Positions 9,852 to 19,856 of a stretch of 64,000 nt of DNA are shown here, in pieces. The notes beneath the pieces are model-generated. The model had not been told where the DNA came from and ran no database searches. It saw only the letters and a program-made list of their open reading frames with translations. How positions within the stretch are numbered: the first letter of the stretch is position 1; every line of letters starts with the position of its first letter. The position numbers and the translations under genes are program-made. The DNA comes from Candidatus Nezhaarchaeales archaeon (GTDB lineage Archaea; Thermoproteota; Methanomethylicia; Nezhaarchaeales; JAWCJE01), in NCBI GenBank assembly GCA_038853715.1, contig JAWCJE010000010.1:378-64377 (forward strand). Direction: 5' to 3'.

Positions 9852-11777
9852 TTAAGGGCTCCTTCCCTCCTTAGGGCTTTGAATAGCTCGATGGTTAACC
9901 GTGACTACCATTCCGGGCTCGGGCTGGTATAACATACCTTGCTGTAGTAGTCGCCATAGGGCTGTTTCCACTTGAGCTTTACTAAGCCCGGTAGCTTCAA
10001 CGGCTTGTTCCACTAGCTTTTGAACTGGTACGGGTTTTGAGGGTAGGTTTCCCATGAACCATCTAAACGCTTTACCAAGCCCCTTAACGTCTACGAGTTC
10101 AGGCGTAAACCATTCGTATTGCTTCACCCTCTTAACCGGTTGTGTTTGAGGTGGTGGTATGTAGGCCGTTATCCTCTCCTCAGGTTTAAGGATTACTGGT
10201 TTTACTACCTGCGGTTTAGGGGCTTCAATTACGACTTGCCTTTTCGGTAGCTTCCTATTAAGCTGCTTTATCACTCTACGCATCCTCCTTACCTTCGCTA
10301 TTGTCGTCCAGTAGAATACTTCGTCCAAGGTTCCTTCGGCCATTATTATGGATACCTTACCAGCCACCCTTCTACCGGTCCTCCCCCTTCGCTGGATGTA
10401 CCTTATTTCGCTTGGCACCGGCTCGTAAAATACTACGTGATCCACTTCGGGTATATCTAAGCCCTCCTCGGCTATACTAGTAGCGACTAGTACGTTTACT
10501 TCTCCGCCTCTAAGCTTTTGTATCGCTTCATGCTGTTGCTCCTGTGTCATCCCCGGGCTGCCATCCTTAAAGCCTTGACCTACGAAGCGGGCTGCTTTAA
10601 CCTTGGGTAGGCCTTCAAGCCTTTTAAGGATCATATCCACGGTATCGCGATATTGCGAAAACACTATTAACCTTGAATCCGGCTTAGCGTTAAACTGCTC
10701 CTGTAGTATGCGTTTTAACTCCTCCACTTTAGGGTTTGGCGTTGCTAGGGCCTGAGTAGTATATATTTTCGCCTCCGTGAAGAGAGGATCGTTTAGGATG
10801 GATTTATGGCCCCTACTACCCTCCTCAGCCATATTTATGAGCGTCTTATCCATGAAGGCTTTAAGAGTCTCAGGCCCTTGGGTTTCTATTAACTCTATCA
10901 TGTGGGCTACGCTTAAAGCGGCCGTTGCCTGTACCTTAACCTCGTAGAGGTATCCGCCGCTACCTTCAACTAGCCGTCGCTGCAATTCCTCGTTTAACTC
11001 TACTAGGTCACGCCTAGTTATGAATGCTGGCTCCTTACCGGTTAGTACGCCTAACGCTTGTAGACGTTTAATACGTTCAATCAACATCTCCTTAAGCTTA
11101 TTCCTAACCTTTAAGTACGGCTCCGGTACTACTACCGGTCTCCATTGTACCTCTACTGGCTGGATGTAAGGCTTTACGTCTGGGTCTTCGTCATGCCTGA
11201 ACTCTATGGCCTCGATGGCTAGGTTCCTACATATCTGGGCTATGCTTTCCTCGGATCCGCCTGGTGAAGCCGTTAAACCAATTATCAACGGGTTGTTACG
11301 CTGCTGTACGTATGTTGAAGCTATACCTACGTAGGCGTAATTACCGCGTGCTCTATGCGCTTCATCGAATATTAGTAGCGAGAAACCATCAAGGCTTAGG
11401 ACTGCCGACTTTAAATCGTTATATATGCATTGAGGCGTAGCGAATATTACGCGAGCCGATTCATATAGCTGTATACGCTTAGATTGCGGATGCTTACCTG
11501 TTACTAATGCTAGCTCTTCTAAGCTTAGGGAAGTTTTATCCTTAAACGTTTCGTAGTGTTGGTAGGCTAGTGGCCTCGTAGGGGCCATGAATAATACTTT
11601 GCCATCGTTAAGCTTTTCTAAGGCGAGTAGCATGGCTATAATGGTTTTACCTAGCGCGGTTGGTAGCACTATGAGCGTATTCCTACTTCTAGCGGTTTCT
11701 AGTATTTTACGCTGGTATAGCCTATCCTCTACGGCTCTCGGCTTTAGTAGGGGGTGTTGAACGTAGCTTTTCTCCAA
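9852..11777 (-). CDS. SF2 helicase of the Hef/FANCM/MPH1 type, with a C-terminal winged-helix-like tail
   Basis: It has the N-terminal ED/RxYQ motif, Walker A (PTALGKT), DEAH (IFDEAHRA) and helicase C motifs (QRRGRTGR), plus an insertion domain between the RecA folds. Confidence 0.75.
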   Translation of the reverse strand: MEKSYVQHPLLKPRAVEDRLYQRKILETARSRNTLIVLPTALGKTIIAMLLALEKLNDGKVLFMAPTRPLAYQHYETFKDKTSLSLEELALVTGKHPQSKRIQLYESARVIFATPQCIYNDLKSAVLSLDGFSLLIFDEAHRARGNYAYVGIASTYVQQRNNPLIIGLTASPGGSEESIAQICRNLAIEAIEFRHDEDPDVKPYIQPVEVQWRPVVVPEPYLKVRNKLKEMLIERIKRLQALGVLTGKEPAFITRRDLVELNEELQRRLVEGSGGYLYEVKVQATAALSVAHMIELIETQGPETLKAFMDKTLINMAEEGSRGHKSILNDPLFTEAKIYTTQALATPNPKVEELKRILQEQFNAKPDSRLIVFSQYRDTVDMILKRLEGLPKVKAARFVGQGFKDGSPGMTQEQQHEAIQKLRGGEVNVLVATSIAEEGLDIPEVDHVVFYEPVPSEIRYIQRRGRTGRRVAGKVSIIMAEGTLDEVFYWTTIAKVRRMRRVIKQLNRKLPKRQVVIEAPKPQVVKPVILKPEERITAYIPPPQTQPVKRVKQYEWFTPELVDVKGLGKAFRWFMGNLPSKPVPVQKLVEQAVEATGLSKAQVETALWRLLQQGMLYQPEPGMVVTVNHRAIQSPKEGRSP

Positions 11778-11786
11778 CTTAATTCA

Positions 11787-12050
11787 CTATAGGTTGGGTA
11801 TTAGCCTCTCTACCGCGTCCTTTACCCGGTTCCACTCCGTTCTATCGCGTATTACGTACTTCTGTTTACGCTTCCATTGATTGCCTCTCTTAGTCCATAG
11901 GTATAGGGCTACCTGCTTCCTACCGAAGCTTTCAAGTAGGGCTACGGCTGCCCACCACTTATCCGATTTAAAGAGGGTTTCGTGTTGTAGGACTTTAAGC
12001 TTCTCCGATATGGGTAATGGTTCCTCGGCCATAGTAATGCCTCTATACAC
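11787..12050 (-). CDS. Hypothetical protein
   Basis: This 87-aa ORF lies 10 bp downstream of the helicase on the same strand. Confidence 0.3.
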   Translation of the reverse strand: MYRGITMAEEPLPISEKLKVLQHETLFKSDKWWAAVALLESFGRKQVALYLWTKRGNQWKRKQKYVIRDRTEWNRVKDAVERLIPNL

Positions 12051-12568
12051 TTCTTGTTAAGGCCTTTTTAAGCGTTAAGGGTTTAGGTTGATCCGTTAAC
12101 AAGTAGAGGGGCGATAGCCTACTCTTACTTCGTCCATTAACCCCCTCCTGCTCCAGTTAAGTGTAGCCGTTAAGTATTAGGGGTTACGATGCTCTTGATG
12201 CTTACGACGTACGCCTTAGCCCGGGCGGATTGATGGCTATGATTAGCCTCGTAAAGGTTAAATATGTATCTCTAGTACCAGTAATGATGTATATTAAAGT
12301 TTCGCGGTTTACGAACTGCTTTAAGCTTTTCTTCTTCTACTCTTTGTTACGGTTAGGTTTTTTATCCTTCCAGCCTGCTTTCACGGCTGCTAATTACCTC
12401 TTTAGAGGCGCTGATCACCATCCCGCCGCTTAGCACTTCTAAGCGGCTTAATTACGCTTAAAAGGGAAATCAGGAGCGTTCCATGGAAAACATAAGTAAA
12501 ACAGCCGTAAACCTTATGAAGAAGTGCAGCCTTCAAGGGTTGATTAAAGAACGAAGAAGCTGACGTGG

Positions 12569-12763
12569 ATGCTGGGCTTCTTAGGCTTTTTAGGTTTTCA
12601 AGCGTTTAGAGTTCATGATCTTTGGCTACTATTCCTATTCTGCCTCTTTAGCTACTTTTCCTACTTAAAGTACTACAAGGAGTGGTTAAAGCACTTATGG
12701 CTACTTGGCGTAGCTGGCTTAATTACGGCGATACTTGGAGTTTTCGGAGTAATTAAGGTGTAA
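12569..12763 (+). CDS. Small hydrophobic ORF (uncertain)
   Basis: It is 64 aa with two TM-like segments, sits in an 800-bp low-coding region, and begins with the repetitive sequence MLGFLGFLGF. Confidence 0.15.
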   Translation: MLGFLGFLGFQAFRVHDLWLLFLFCLFSYFSYLKYYKEWLKHLWLLGVAGLITAILGVFGVIKV

Positions 12764-12862
12764 TTAAGGCTGCTCCTTTACCCTTTTACAGGGCGGAGAA
12801 CCACGTGTAGCTCCTCTTAGTGGGTGGAAACGTTTTAAGCTGATTTTAACCTATAGTAAAGC

Positions 12863-14008
12863 GTGGCTAATGCTTTGCCTACGCGTCTTAACGTTGCGCG
12901 GGGGGTTATGGAGGAGTACGCCCGCTTAACGGGTTTACATCCTGAAGGGTGGCCGCGGCGATACTTATGGACGGATGCTTTCGCCGTGTTTAACTTTTTA
13001 GAGCTGTATAGGCTTACGGGTGGGGGGCTTTATAAGCAGCTTGCGATACGCTTAGTAGATCAGGTTCATCACGTTCTAGGTAGGCATCGCGGGGATGATG
13101 GGAGGAGCGGTTGGATTAGCGGGCTTAATGATTCTGAGGCTGAGGAGCATCCAACGGTTCGCGGTTTAAGGATAGGTAAGAAGCTACCTGAACGTAGGCT
13201 GGATGAGCCTTACGACCCGGTTTTAGAGTGGGAGCGCGATGGTCAATACTACCATTACCTTACGAAGTGGATGCTCGCCTTACGTAAGATGGCTAAAGCT
13301 ACTGGTAACGTTAAATACCTTAAGTGGTCTGTGGAATTGGCTAAAGCCGCCCATAAGGCTTTCATTCATACTTCGCCGCTTGATGGCCGTAAGTACATAT
13401 ACTGGAAGATGAGTATAGATCTATCCTATCCCCTTACGCTTCAGGAGGGGCAGCATGACGTAATTGACGGGCTGATAACTTACGCTGAGCTTCAAGTAGC
13501 TTCGCCTGAAGGAGTTCTAACGGAGGAGGTAAAGGAGGCTTTAAGCATGTGTAAGGAGCGGGATTGGAGTGAATGGGTTAGTGATGACCCCTTAGGCGTA
13601 GGCGAACTCCTAAGCCTTTCTTTTAGGGCTGCGAGGCTAACTTTTAAAGGGGCAAGCTACTTAGCTGGTTTACTACACTCTCTGCTTGAAGCAGCTTACG
13701 TTAGCCTTAAGGCCTACCTACCTAAAGACTTCCTCAACCTTCCGGCTAGCCGTAGGCTTGCATTTCGCGAACTCGGCCTTTCAATAGGTCTTCACGCGGC
13801 TGAAGAACTTAAAGCTCTAGCTGAAAAACTAGGTTTAACTTATCATCCATTAATTAAAAGCTTGGAAAAATTCATTCCGATGGGCTTAAAGATTAAGGAG
13901 TTTTGGACTAACCCGATTAACTGGGAGGTTGATAGCTGGATGGAGCATCGGGAAATCAACATGGTTATGTTAGCAACTAGCCTACTACCAGACGGATACC
14001 TCGATTAA
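12863..14008 (+). CDS. Hypothetical protein, possibly of an alpha/alpha-toroid (glycoside hydrolase/epimerase-like) fold
   Basis: It is 381 aa with protein-like composition and repeated aromatic-rich helical segments. I did not recognise a specific family. Confidence 0.45.
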   Translation: MANALPTRLNVARGVMEEYARLTGLHPEGWPRRYLWTDAFAVFNFLELYRLTGGGLYKQLAIRLVDQVHHVLGRHRGDDGRSGWISGLNDSEAEEHPTVRGLRIGKKLPERRLDEPYDPVLEWERDGQYYHYLTKWMLALRKMAKATGNVKYLKWSVELAKAAHKAFIHTSPLDGRKYIYWKMSIDLSYPLTLQEGQHDVIDGLITYAELQVASPEGVLTEEVKEALSMCKERDWSEWVSDDPLGVGELLSLSFRAARLTFKGASYLAGLLHSLLEAAYVSLKAYLPKDFLNLPASRRLAFRELGLSIGLHAAEELKALAEKLGLTYHPLIKSLEKFIPMGLKIKEFWTNPINWEVDSWMEHREINMVMLATSLLPDGYLD

Positions 14009-14219
14009 CTACGTAAGGAGCCTAATAGTAGCTAGGTTTTACTCGTTTCCCCTTATTAGTCTTACTATGAGACCTATTAAAACCATTAAGGCCACCTTAA
14101 CGTTAAGAAGTAAGCTAGTTAAGGTATTAACTTTAACCATCATACTGAGGGGCGCTATACCGAAGAGCCTGAACGTCCTTATGCTATTTCGCTTAGACGC
14201 AACGACCTATGGTTTAGAG

Positions 14220-14516
14220 TCATTCACCTCCGTTTATTAAGAGTTTAAGCGGTATATCTTGATACTCTCCGCTTGGTAGTTTACGTCTCACGGTTAAGGG
14301 TAAAACCCCTTTCTCAAGCTCGAGTGTAGCTATCTTTATAGGGTCTGTCTCCCCTTTAGGTACTTCGATTAGTATTGGGGCCCCCATAGATATTTGGAGC
14401 GCCCTAGCCCCTATAATCCTAGCTTTCTCGTAGCGCGTTAACCTTGGTAGCCAAACCTTAACCTTTAAAGGCTTTTCCTCCTCCTTAGAGGGAGGAGTTA
14501 TGCTCGTAGCGGGCAC
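14220..14516 (-). CDS. rpoK: DNA-directed RNA polymerase subunit K (Rpb6/RpoK)
   Basis: It carries the Rpb6 signature [26 protein letters not shown]. Confidence 0.65.
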   Translation of the reverse strand: MPATSITPPSKEEEKPLKVKVWLPRLTRYEKARIIGARALQISMGAPILIEVPKGETDPIKIATLELEKGVLPLTVRRKLPSGEYQDIPLKLLINGGE

Positions 14517-14849
14517 TCTTAAATCACCACGCGCCCATAGCTAAGGCTTAGCTTAGCCATTAAGCGCTAGCTTAAAGCTAATGCAAAAAGCAAATTAAAC
14601 GAATATATAAATTCTTGCTTTACGGCTTTCCTTAAGCCTGCCGCAAAACTCCACTACTTAAGTTACTAGTAGAGCACTTGTTAAGAGCTTTGTAATAGCC
14701 TTCCCTTATTGTTAAATTATGGTCAAGGAACGCCAATCACGCCCTCACGCTATACGAGCACTTAGGCTATGATCTAATAGAAGTATACGTTACGTTTATT
14801 GTTGAGAAGGGGCTCCGGCGGAAACCTTCGGCTATTTTAAAGGGAGATT

Positions 14850-15188
14850 TTAAACGTTAATCGATACTACGTTCTTCGAGATTTTAACCTCCACTTCATC
14901 CCCTATCTCAGGTTTTTGTTCAAGCCTTTCCCATTCGTCCTCGGTTAACCATAAGGTTAAGCGTTGAAGGGTAACTTTACCGGGCCTTATGAAGGGTAAC
15001 GACTGCATTACCTGGTTTATTACCGGCATTACTTCACGAGCGAGCGGCGACGTACTTCCTTCAGGGGAGATAATTACGGGTGGAGGGGCTTCCTTCTCCT
15101 CGGTTAAGTCCAAGCGTACCCCCCTATTACCTAGGGGGTCGGTTACTAAGGATTTACCAACAACCGTCGCTTTAAAGGTAACGCCCAC
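14850..15188 (-). CDS. Hypothetical protein
   Basis: It is 112 aa with no recognised motif. Confidence 0.3.
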   Translation of the reverse strand: MGVTFKATVVGKSLVTDPLGNRGVRLDLTEEKEAPPPVIISPEGSTSPLAREVMPVINQVMQSLPFIRPGKVTLQRLTLWLTEDEWERLEQKPEIGDEVEVKISKNVVSINV

Positions 15189-15333
15189 TAATAACCCTCC
15201 TTAGCCTAGTTATTTGGCTATGCCGGCTTATAAATCGTTAACATGCCAGCGCGTAACAAACCTTTAAAGCTCATTTAAAACTAACGGTGACCCTCAGCCT
15301 TCTTACCCCCCGGGTTAAAGCTTAGCGAAGGGG

Positions 15334-16401
15334 ATGTATGCTTCCTCGGGGAGCGATGGAGCCCTTGCTAGGAAGAGCGCCGCGGTTAAATACGGCGTTG
15401 CCTCATGGCTTATAGTGATGCGTATGTTAAGGACGGCCGAGGACGTAATGGTTGCTGCTCAATTAGCTGCTACGTTAGAGGTTAGTGGATGGCCTAAGCC
15501 TGGAAATGTGCATAGGACTTCGAGCTATCCTGATAAGGGCTTTGAACACTTCTTGGCGGGTTCAATAGCTTTAGGCCCTGCTATTAAGCTTGCAGCGGTT
15601 CGAGGCGTGAAAGCTAGGTTAAAGGACGATTTCTCTAGGGTTCAGCTTGGAGCCCTAATTAAGAAGGCCTGTAAAGCCAGCCTTTCTTGGCAGCGGGCTG
15701 GTAATACGCATTTAGGGGTAGTTTTACTCTTCACGCCGATAGCCGTAGCTATTGGCTCACTACTTCCTTGGGAAGGCGGGGTTCAACGGTTAAGGGATAA
15801 CGCCATTAGAGTTATGAGGAGTACTACGCCTATCGATACGCTTCGCGTATATGAAGCCATTAGGCTGATGAAGCCTAGCGGGCTTGGAAGGGTGAAGGGT
15901 GAAGGTTTTGACGTATTTAGTGAAAGGAGCGAAGTCTTAAGGCGGGGTATAACCCTCTTCGACTCAATGAAGGTAGCGGCTAAATGGGATAGTGTAGCTA
16001 AGGAGTTAGCGGATGGGTTTACGGTTACGTTTACGGTGGGCTACCCTTACTTCATGAAGCTCTACGAGGAGACGTATGACGTAAACGTTGCGGTTGTCCA
16101 TACGTACCTTAAACTTCTCTCAACGTACCCCGATACGTTCATAGCTAGAAACGTGGGGCTTAAGATCACCGAGGACGCTGAGGAGGCCGTAAAGTTAGGG
16201 TTAGAGGAGGCTCGTAAGGTATCGATGAAGGCCGATGAGGTTTTAAGGCTCGGCGGGCTTCAAACGGCGGAAGGTAGGAAGATGCTTCTAAAGCTCGACG
16301 AGGAGCTTAAGAGCCTAGGCCAAGACTATAACCCGGGGGCAACGGCCGATTTAACGGCTTCTTCAATCTTCGTAGCCGTATTGGAGGGGTTTAGGCCTTG
16401 A
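15334..16401 (+). CDS. CitG/MdcB-family protein (ATP:dephospho-CoA triphosphoribosyl transferase-like)
   Basis: Its motifs (LEVSGWPKPGNVHRTSSYPD and others) match the triphosphoribosyl-dephospho-CoA synthase family. The 4-nt TTGA start-stop overlap couples it translationally to the next gene. Confidence 0.55.
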   Translation: MYASSGSDGALARKSAAVKYGVASWLIVMRMLRTAEDVMVAAQLAATLEVSGWPKPGNVHRTSSYPDKGFEHFLAGSIALGPAIKLAAVRGVKARLKDDFSRVQLGALIKKACKASLSWQRAGNTHLGVVLLFTPIAVAIGSLLPWEGGVQRLRDNAIRVMRSTTPIDTLRVYEAIRLMKPSGLGRVKGEGFDVFSERSEVLRRGITLFDSMKVAAKWDSVAKELADGFTVTFTVGYPYFMKLYEETYDVNVAVVHTYLKLLSTYPDTFIARNVGLKITEDAEEAVKLGLEEARKVSMKADEVLRLGGLQTAEGRKMLLKLDEELKSLGQDYNPGATADLTASSIFVAVLEGFRP

Positions 16402-17438
16402 GGAAGGTGGTTGCACCTATTGAAGGCTGGTACTTGGAAACTGTTGAGAAGCTAATCTTCACCGTTAAGGGGCATCTCCACCCCTACGGGCACCTTGTAG
16501 CATACGTTAGGTATGCCCCTCATCCTGAAGGTGATCGTGAAAGGGGCGGCGTAAGGTATAAGCGGTTATACCACCTTGATGAGCAGGAAAACTTCCTACT
16601 TGAGCATTACCCTCACTACTTGCTTTACGACGGGGTTATGGATGAATTATTACAGGCGGTCCCGATAAAGCGTATAGTGAAGCTTTACGATCCAACCGAG
16701 AAGCTTATCGAGCTACAGCGTAGCCGCGGCCTGTTAACACCAGTTGAACAGGATGCGTTAAGCTTCGCTGAGCTTCTAGCGAGTAGGGCTAAAGTACCCC
16801 TTGAATCGTTAGGGGTATCCGGCTCGATACTTGTAGGGCTACATAAACCTAGCTCAGATATAGACTTAGTGGTTTACGGCGTTAATAGTAGCCGCCTCGT
16901 ACATTCAGCTTTACTGAGTATGCTTAACGAGGATGATGAGGTGAAAAAACTCGACGTTGAAGGGTTTAGGAGGCTTTACGAGTTTAGGGTTAAAGATACT
17001 AGGATACCCTTCGAAACCTTCATAAGCCAGGAGTCGAGGAAGGTTATCCAAGGTAGGTTCCGTGGAAGGGAGTACTTCATTAGGTTCGTTAAGCTACGCC
17101 ACGAATTAACGGAGCTTTACGGGGATAGCTTCATTAAATGTTTGGGTAGGGCGACCATAAGGGCTAGGGTGGCTTCCGATGAAAATGCTATTTTTACGCC
17201 TTGCGTATACCAAATATTAAACGTGGAGTTCCTGGAAGGGGTTAAGGTGCCTAAACTAACCCAGGTATGCTCGTTTAGGGGGAGGTTTTGCGAGCAGGCT
17301 AAAGTCGGCGAGGAGGTAATAGCTAGCGGTAAGGTAGAGGAGGTTCAAAGGAAGGATGGAGAGGTCTACCATAGGCTTGTGGTGGGTGCAACCCCTAACG
17401 ACTACCTAATTTCATTAACGCCTACTGCCTCCATCTAG
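16398..17438 (+). CDS. Pol-beta-superfamily nucleotidyltransferase with N-terminal and C-terminal extra domains
   Basis: It has the GVSGSILVGLHKPSSDIDLVVYG motif, matching GS-x9-13-DxD, and is 346 aa. It is a paralog of the 18458-19516 gene. Confidence 0.5.
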   Translation: MRKVVAPIEGWYLETVEKLIFTVKGHLHPYGHLVAYVRYAPHPEGDRERGGVRYKRLYHLDEQENFLLEHYPHYLLYDGVMDELLQAVPIKRIVKLYDPTEKLIELQRSRGLLTPVEQDALSFAELLASRAKVPLESLGVSGSILVGLHKPSSDIDLVVYGVNSSRLVHSALLSMLNEDDEVKKLDVEGFRRLYEFRVKDTRIPFETFISQESRKVIQGRFRGREYFIRFVKLRHELTELYGDSFIKCLGRATIRARVASDENAIFTPCVYQILNVEFLEGVKVPKLTQVCSFRGRFCEQAKVGEEVIASGKVEEVQRKDGEVYHRLVVGATPNDYLISLTPTASI

Positions 17439-17644
17439 GGGAGGTGGAGAAGCTCTTACCTATGGTTTTAGCGGCTTCTACTAGAGGCTCGGATGGAAAC
17501 GTTGGTTTTAATCTAATCGATAGATCGCGTTTCACCCGAAGCTTCCGTGGAAACGGTATAGTGCTTGAAGGGACGGTGGCTACCACTATAGGGTATTCGA
17601 AGGACGGTCCGTACTAGGTTACAACGTACTCCTAGCTTGGAAGC

Positions 17645-18352
17645 CTAGCTATGCTTCGCCGGTTTAACTTCCTTTAATAGCCTTTTAAGGTAGCTTTCAA
17701 CCCTTTTCATCCTTCTACCTAGGAAGGATAGGTTTAATATATGGATGGCCTGCTTCCTTAAACTCGAGTAGCTACTAGCTCTCGTTAGGATGCCGCGATC
17801 CCTAAGGGAGGCTATTAGGCGTGTAAATTCGTCTATCGTTACGCCTAAGGTTTTAACTGCTACGTCTACGGCTGGCGATGAGGCTATGGCCTTTAAAACC
17901 TTAATATCACCCCTCGTTAACTTTAAGTCAGGTATAAGTAGGGCTGGTTCGTAGTCGTTTAGAGCGTCCTGAACGGCTTGACGGACGATGAGTTCAAGCT
18001 CCTCAGGCTCTAAAAGGATGTAGAAATCGGGAAGCTCCAATACTTTAACGCCAAGCTGTTTAGCGGTTAATTCAGCGGCTGTATCAGCGTAGCCTTTACA
18101 TATCACCATCGGCTTTAACCCCGAGATCTGCGCGTTAGTATACGCCTGCCTAACGTCGGATACGCCTATACGGCCTGCCTTTACCTCAACGGAGTAAACA
18201 TCGCCCTCCGGGCTTTTAGCCACTAGGTCGATCTCAGCGACTTCAACCCCGCCTATCTCGAGCCTCTTCCTAGATTCAAGTATTTGAAAACCCATGCGTT
18301 CAAGAATACCGCGCCCTATACGTTCGCTACTAGCACCTCTCTTCATTGACAA
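17645..18352 (-). CDS. Hjc-like PD-(D/E)xK nuclease domain fused to a C-terminal winged helix
   Basis: The N-terminus (SSERIGRGILERMGFQILESRK...AEIDLVA...SVEVKAGR) aligns with the catalytic E, D and ExK residues of the archaeal Holliday junction resolvase Hjc. The C-terminal roughly 90 aa are wHTH-like. Confidence 0.5.
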   Translation of the reverse strand: MSMKRGASSERIGRGILERMGFQILESRKRLEIGGVEVAEIDLVAKSPEGDVYSVEVKAGRIGVSDVRQAYTNAQISGLKPMVICKGYADTAAELTAKQLGVKVLELPDFYILLEPEELELIVRQAVQDALNDYEPALLIPDLKLTRGDIKVLKAIASSPAVDVAVKTLGVTIDEFTRLIASLRDRGILTRASSYSSLRKQAIHILNLSFLGRRMKRVESYLKRLLKEVKPAKHS

Positions 18353-18457
18353 CTTTTAACCCTACTACTTTAGTGCTTCCCCCTTAATAAAGGGTTAACC
18401 ATTAGCTGGAGGGTGCCTATTTAAGAAGAACCTTGTAGGTGTTACTTTGAGGGGTGC

Positions 18458-19516
18458 ATGATGCTTCGAGGGTTTAGGGATCGCGATCAGCTTTTAACTA
18501 GGGAGGGGCTTTTCTTCACGGTCGTTGGAAACCTACACCCTGAGGATCGGATTATAAGCTATTTGAAGTATATACCTAACCCCGGGGGTAAGTGGGGGCG
18601 TGGGAAATCTAGGTATGCGAGGATGCTTCAATACTACACGATTCCATCACTCCTAGACACCATAAGGTACCTTGAAGAAAAATATAGGCATTACGTATGG
18701 TTCTCCGAGGAGCTAGGCATTAAGATGTCAGCCGTGCCGAAGGAGTATGTTCAAAGGCATTATAAGCCTGAGGAGAAGCTTTCCGAGCTTCTAAATGCGC
18801 GGCGTAGGGATAGGCTTGAGGAGGCCGTAGTTAACTTAGTAGGCTTAATCTCCGATGAAAGCGGCGTAGCAACTACGGCCTTCGGGGTTACCGGCTCAAT
18901 ACTCGTCGGTATACATAACGTGAAGTTCTCCGATATCGATTTAACCGTTTACGGTGTTAGTAATAGCCTTAAGGTTAAGGAGGCTTTAACTAAAATCTAC
19001 GACGACTCCGAGAAACCGGTTAAAAGGCTACCGCCTGGAAAGCTACAATACCTATTGAATAGGAGGATGAGGCTTTACCACCTCTCTAGGGAGGATGCGG
19101 AATTAATCTGCCTTAGGAGGTGGAATAGGGGGGTGTTTGGTAGTATTGACTTCTCGATACACCCGGTAAAGCTAGAGGAGGAGGAAAAGCTTAGATTCGG
19201 GGATTATAGGTTTAAGCCTAAAGGTATTGTGACCGTTGAAGCTATCGTTACTGATACCTCTGAAGCCATGTTTATGCCTTGCACCTACCGTATTGAACCT
19301 ACGAGGGTATTGGAGGGTGAAGCCGGGCCGGACCTAACGACCGTAACATCCTTCGAGGGATTATACGCGGATATAGCTTTAGAGGGTGAAGCTATAAGGG
19401 TTAGGGGTAAGCTGGAGGCCGTTATCGATAGGAAGGGGCGGATAATGCACCATAGGGTTCTAGTAGGATCACCGGAGGCTGAAGGCTACGATTACATAGT
19501 GGTCGTAAAAAGCTAG
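18458..19516 (+). CDS. Pol-beta-superfamily nucleotidyltransferase, paralog of 16398-17438
   Basis: It has the GVTGSILVGIHNVKFSDIDLTVYG motif, and the same N-terminal FTVxGxLHP...YxPxPxG and EKLxEL motifs as its paralog. Confidence 0.5.
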   Translation: MMLRGFRDRDQLLTREGLFFTVVGNLHPEDRIISYLKYIPNPGGKWGRGKSRYARMLQYYTIPSLLDTIRYLEEKYRHYVWFSEELGIKMSAVPKEYVQRHYKPEEKLSELLNARRRDRLEEAVVNLVGLISDESGVATTAFGVTGSILVGIHNVKFSDIDLTVYGVSNSLKVKEALTKIYDDSEKPVKRLPPGKLQYLLNRRMRLYHLSREDAELICLRRWNRGVFGSIDFSIHPVKLEEEEKLRFGDYRFKPKGIVTVEAIVTDTSEAMFMPCTYRIEPTRVLEGEAGPDLTTVTSFEGLYADIALEGEAIRVRGKLEAVIDRKGRIMHHRVLVGSPEAEGYDYIVVVKS

Positions 19517-19856
19517 GCTGAGGCCGTGAAGGGTTGAAGCGAAGGTATGATGGAAGGCTCGGATACCTAGAAGGGCGGGTTGAGGCCTGCTTCCGGGGCA
19601 GCCCTCGAGTATTAACCCGTGTTAAGCTTAACCTTCAAATCCTCCAGTAACGGTTAAAAGGCTACTTTCACCGAAGGTACGAGTTGAGCTTAATGTTTTA
19701 AACTTACACTTCTAGCCGGGTTTCGAGTAAGGAAGATCGGACTGTTGAAAATCAGCGTTCCACTGAAGATTCTAGTAGGAGCCGTGTAAGCCTTTAGTTA
19801 TTAATACTGTTTTGCTTCTAAGGTTGATAGGTATGTTGTTGATTTGAGGGGTTTAG

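Noticed and set aside
12230-12433. A 67-aa ORF in the 12.05-12.86 kb low-coding region
   Set aside because: It has no RBS-like context and a low-complexity translation. It is kept only as a note. The neighbouring 12569-12763 ORF is listed at low confidence.
17560-17640. A tRNA-like GC-rich segment (GGACGGTGGCTACCACTATAGGGTATTCGAAGGACGGTCC)
   Set aside because: It has no cloverleaf. The T-loop-like TTCGAAG lacks flanking complementary stems and no acceptor-stem pairing is present. It is a direct repeat (GAAGGGACGGT / GAAGGACGGT) rather than a tRNA. I did not find GTTCGAATC/GTTCAAATC-type T-loops with matching acceptor stems in the intergenic regions I read, so I am not calling any tRNA.
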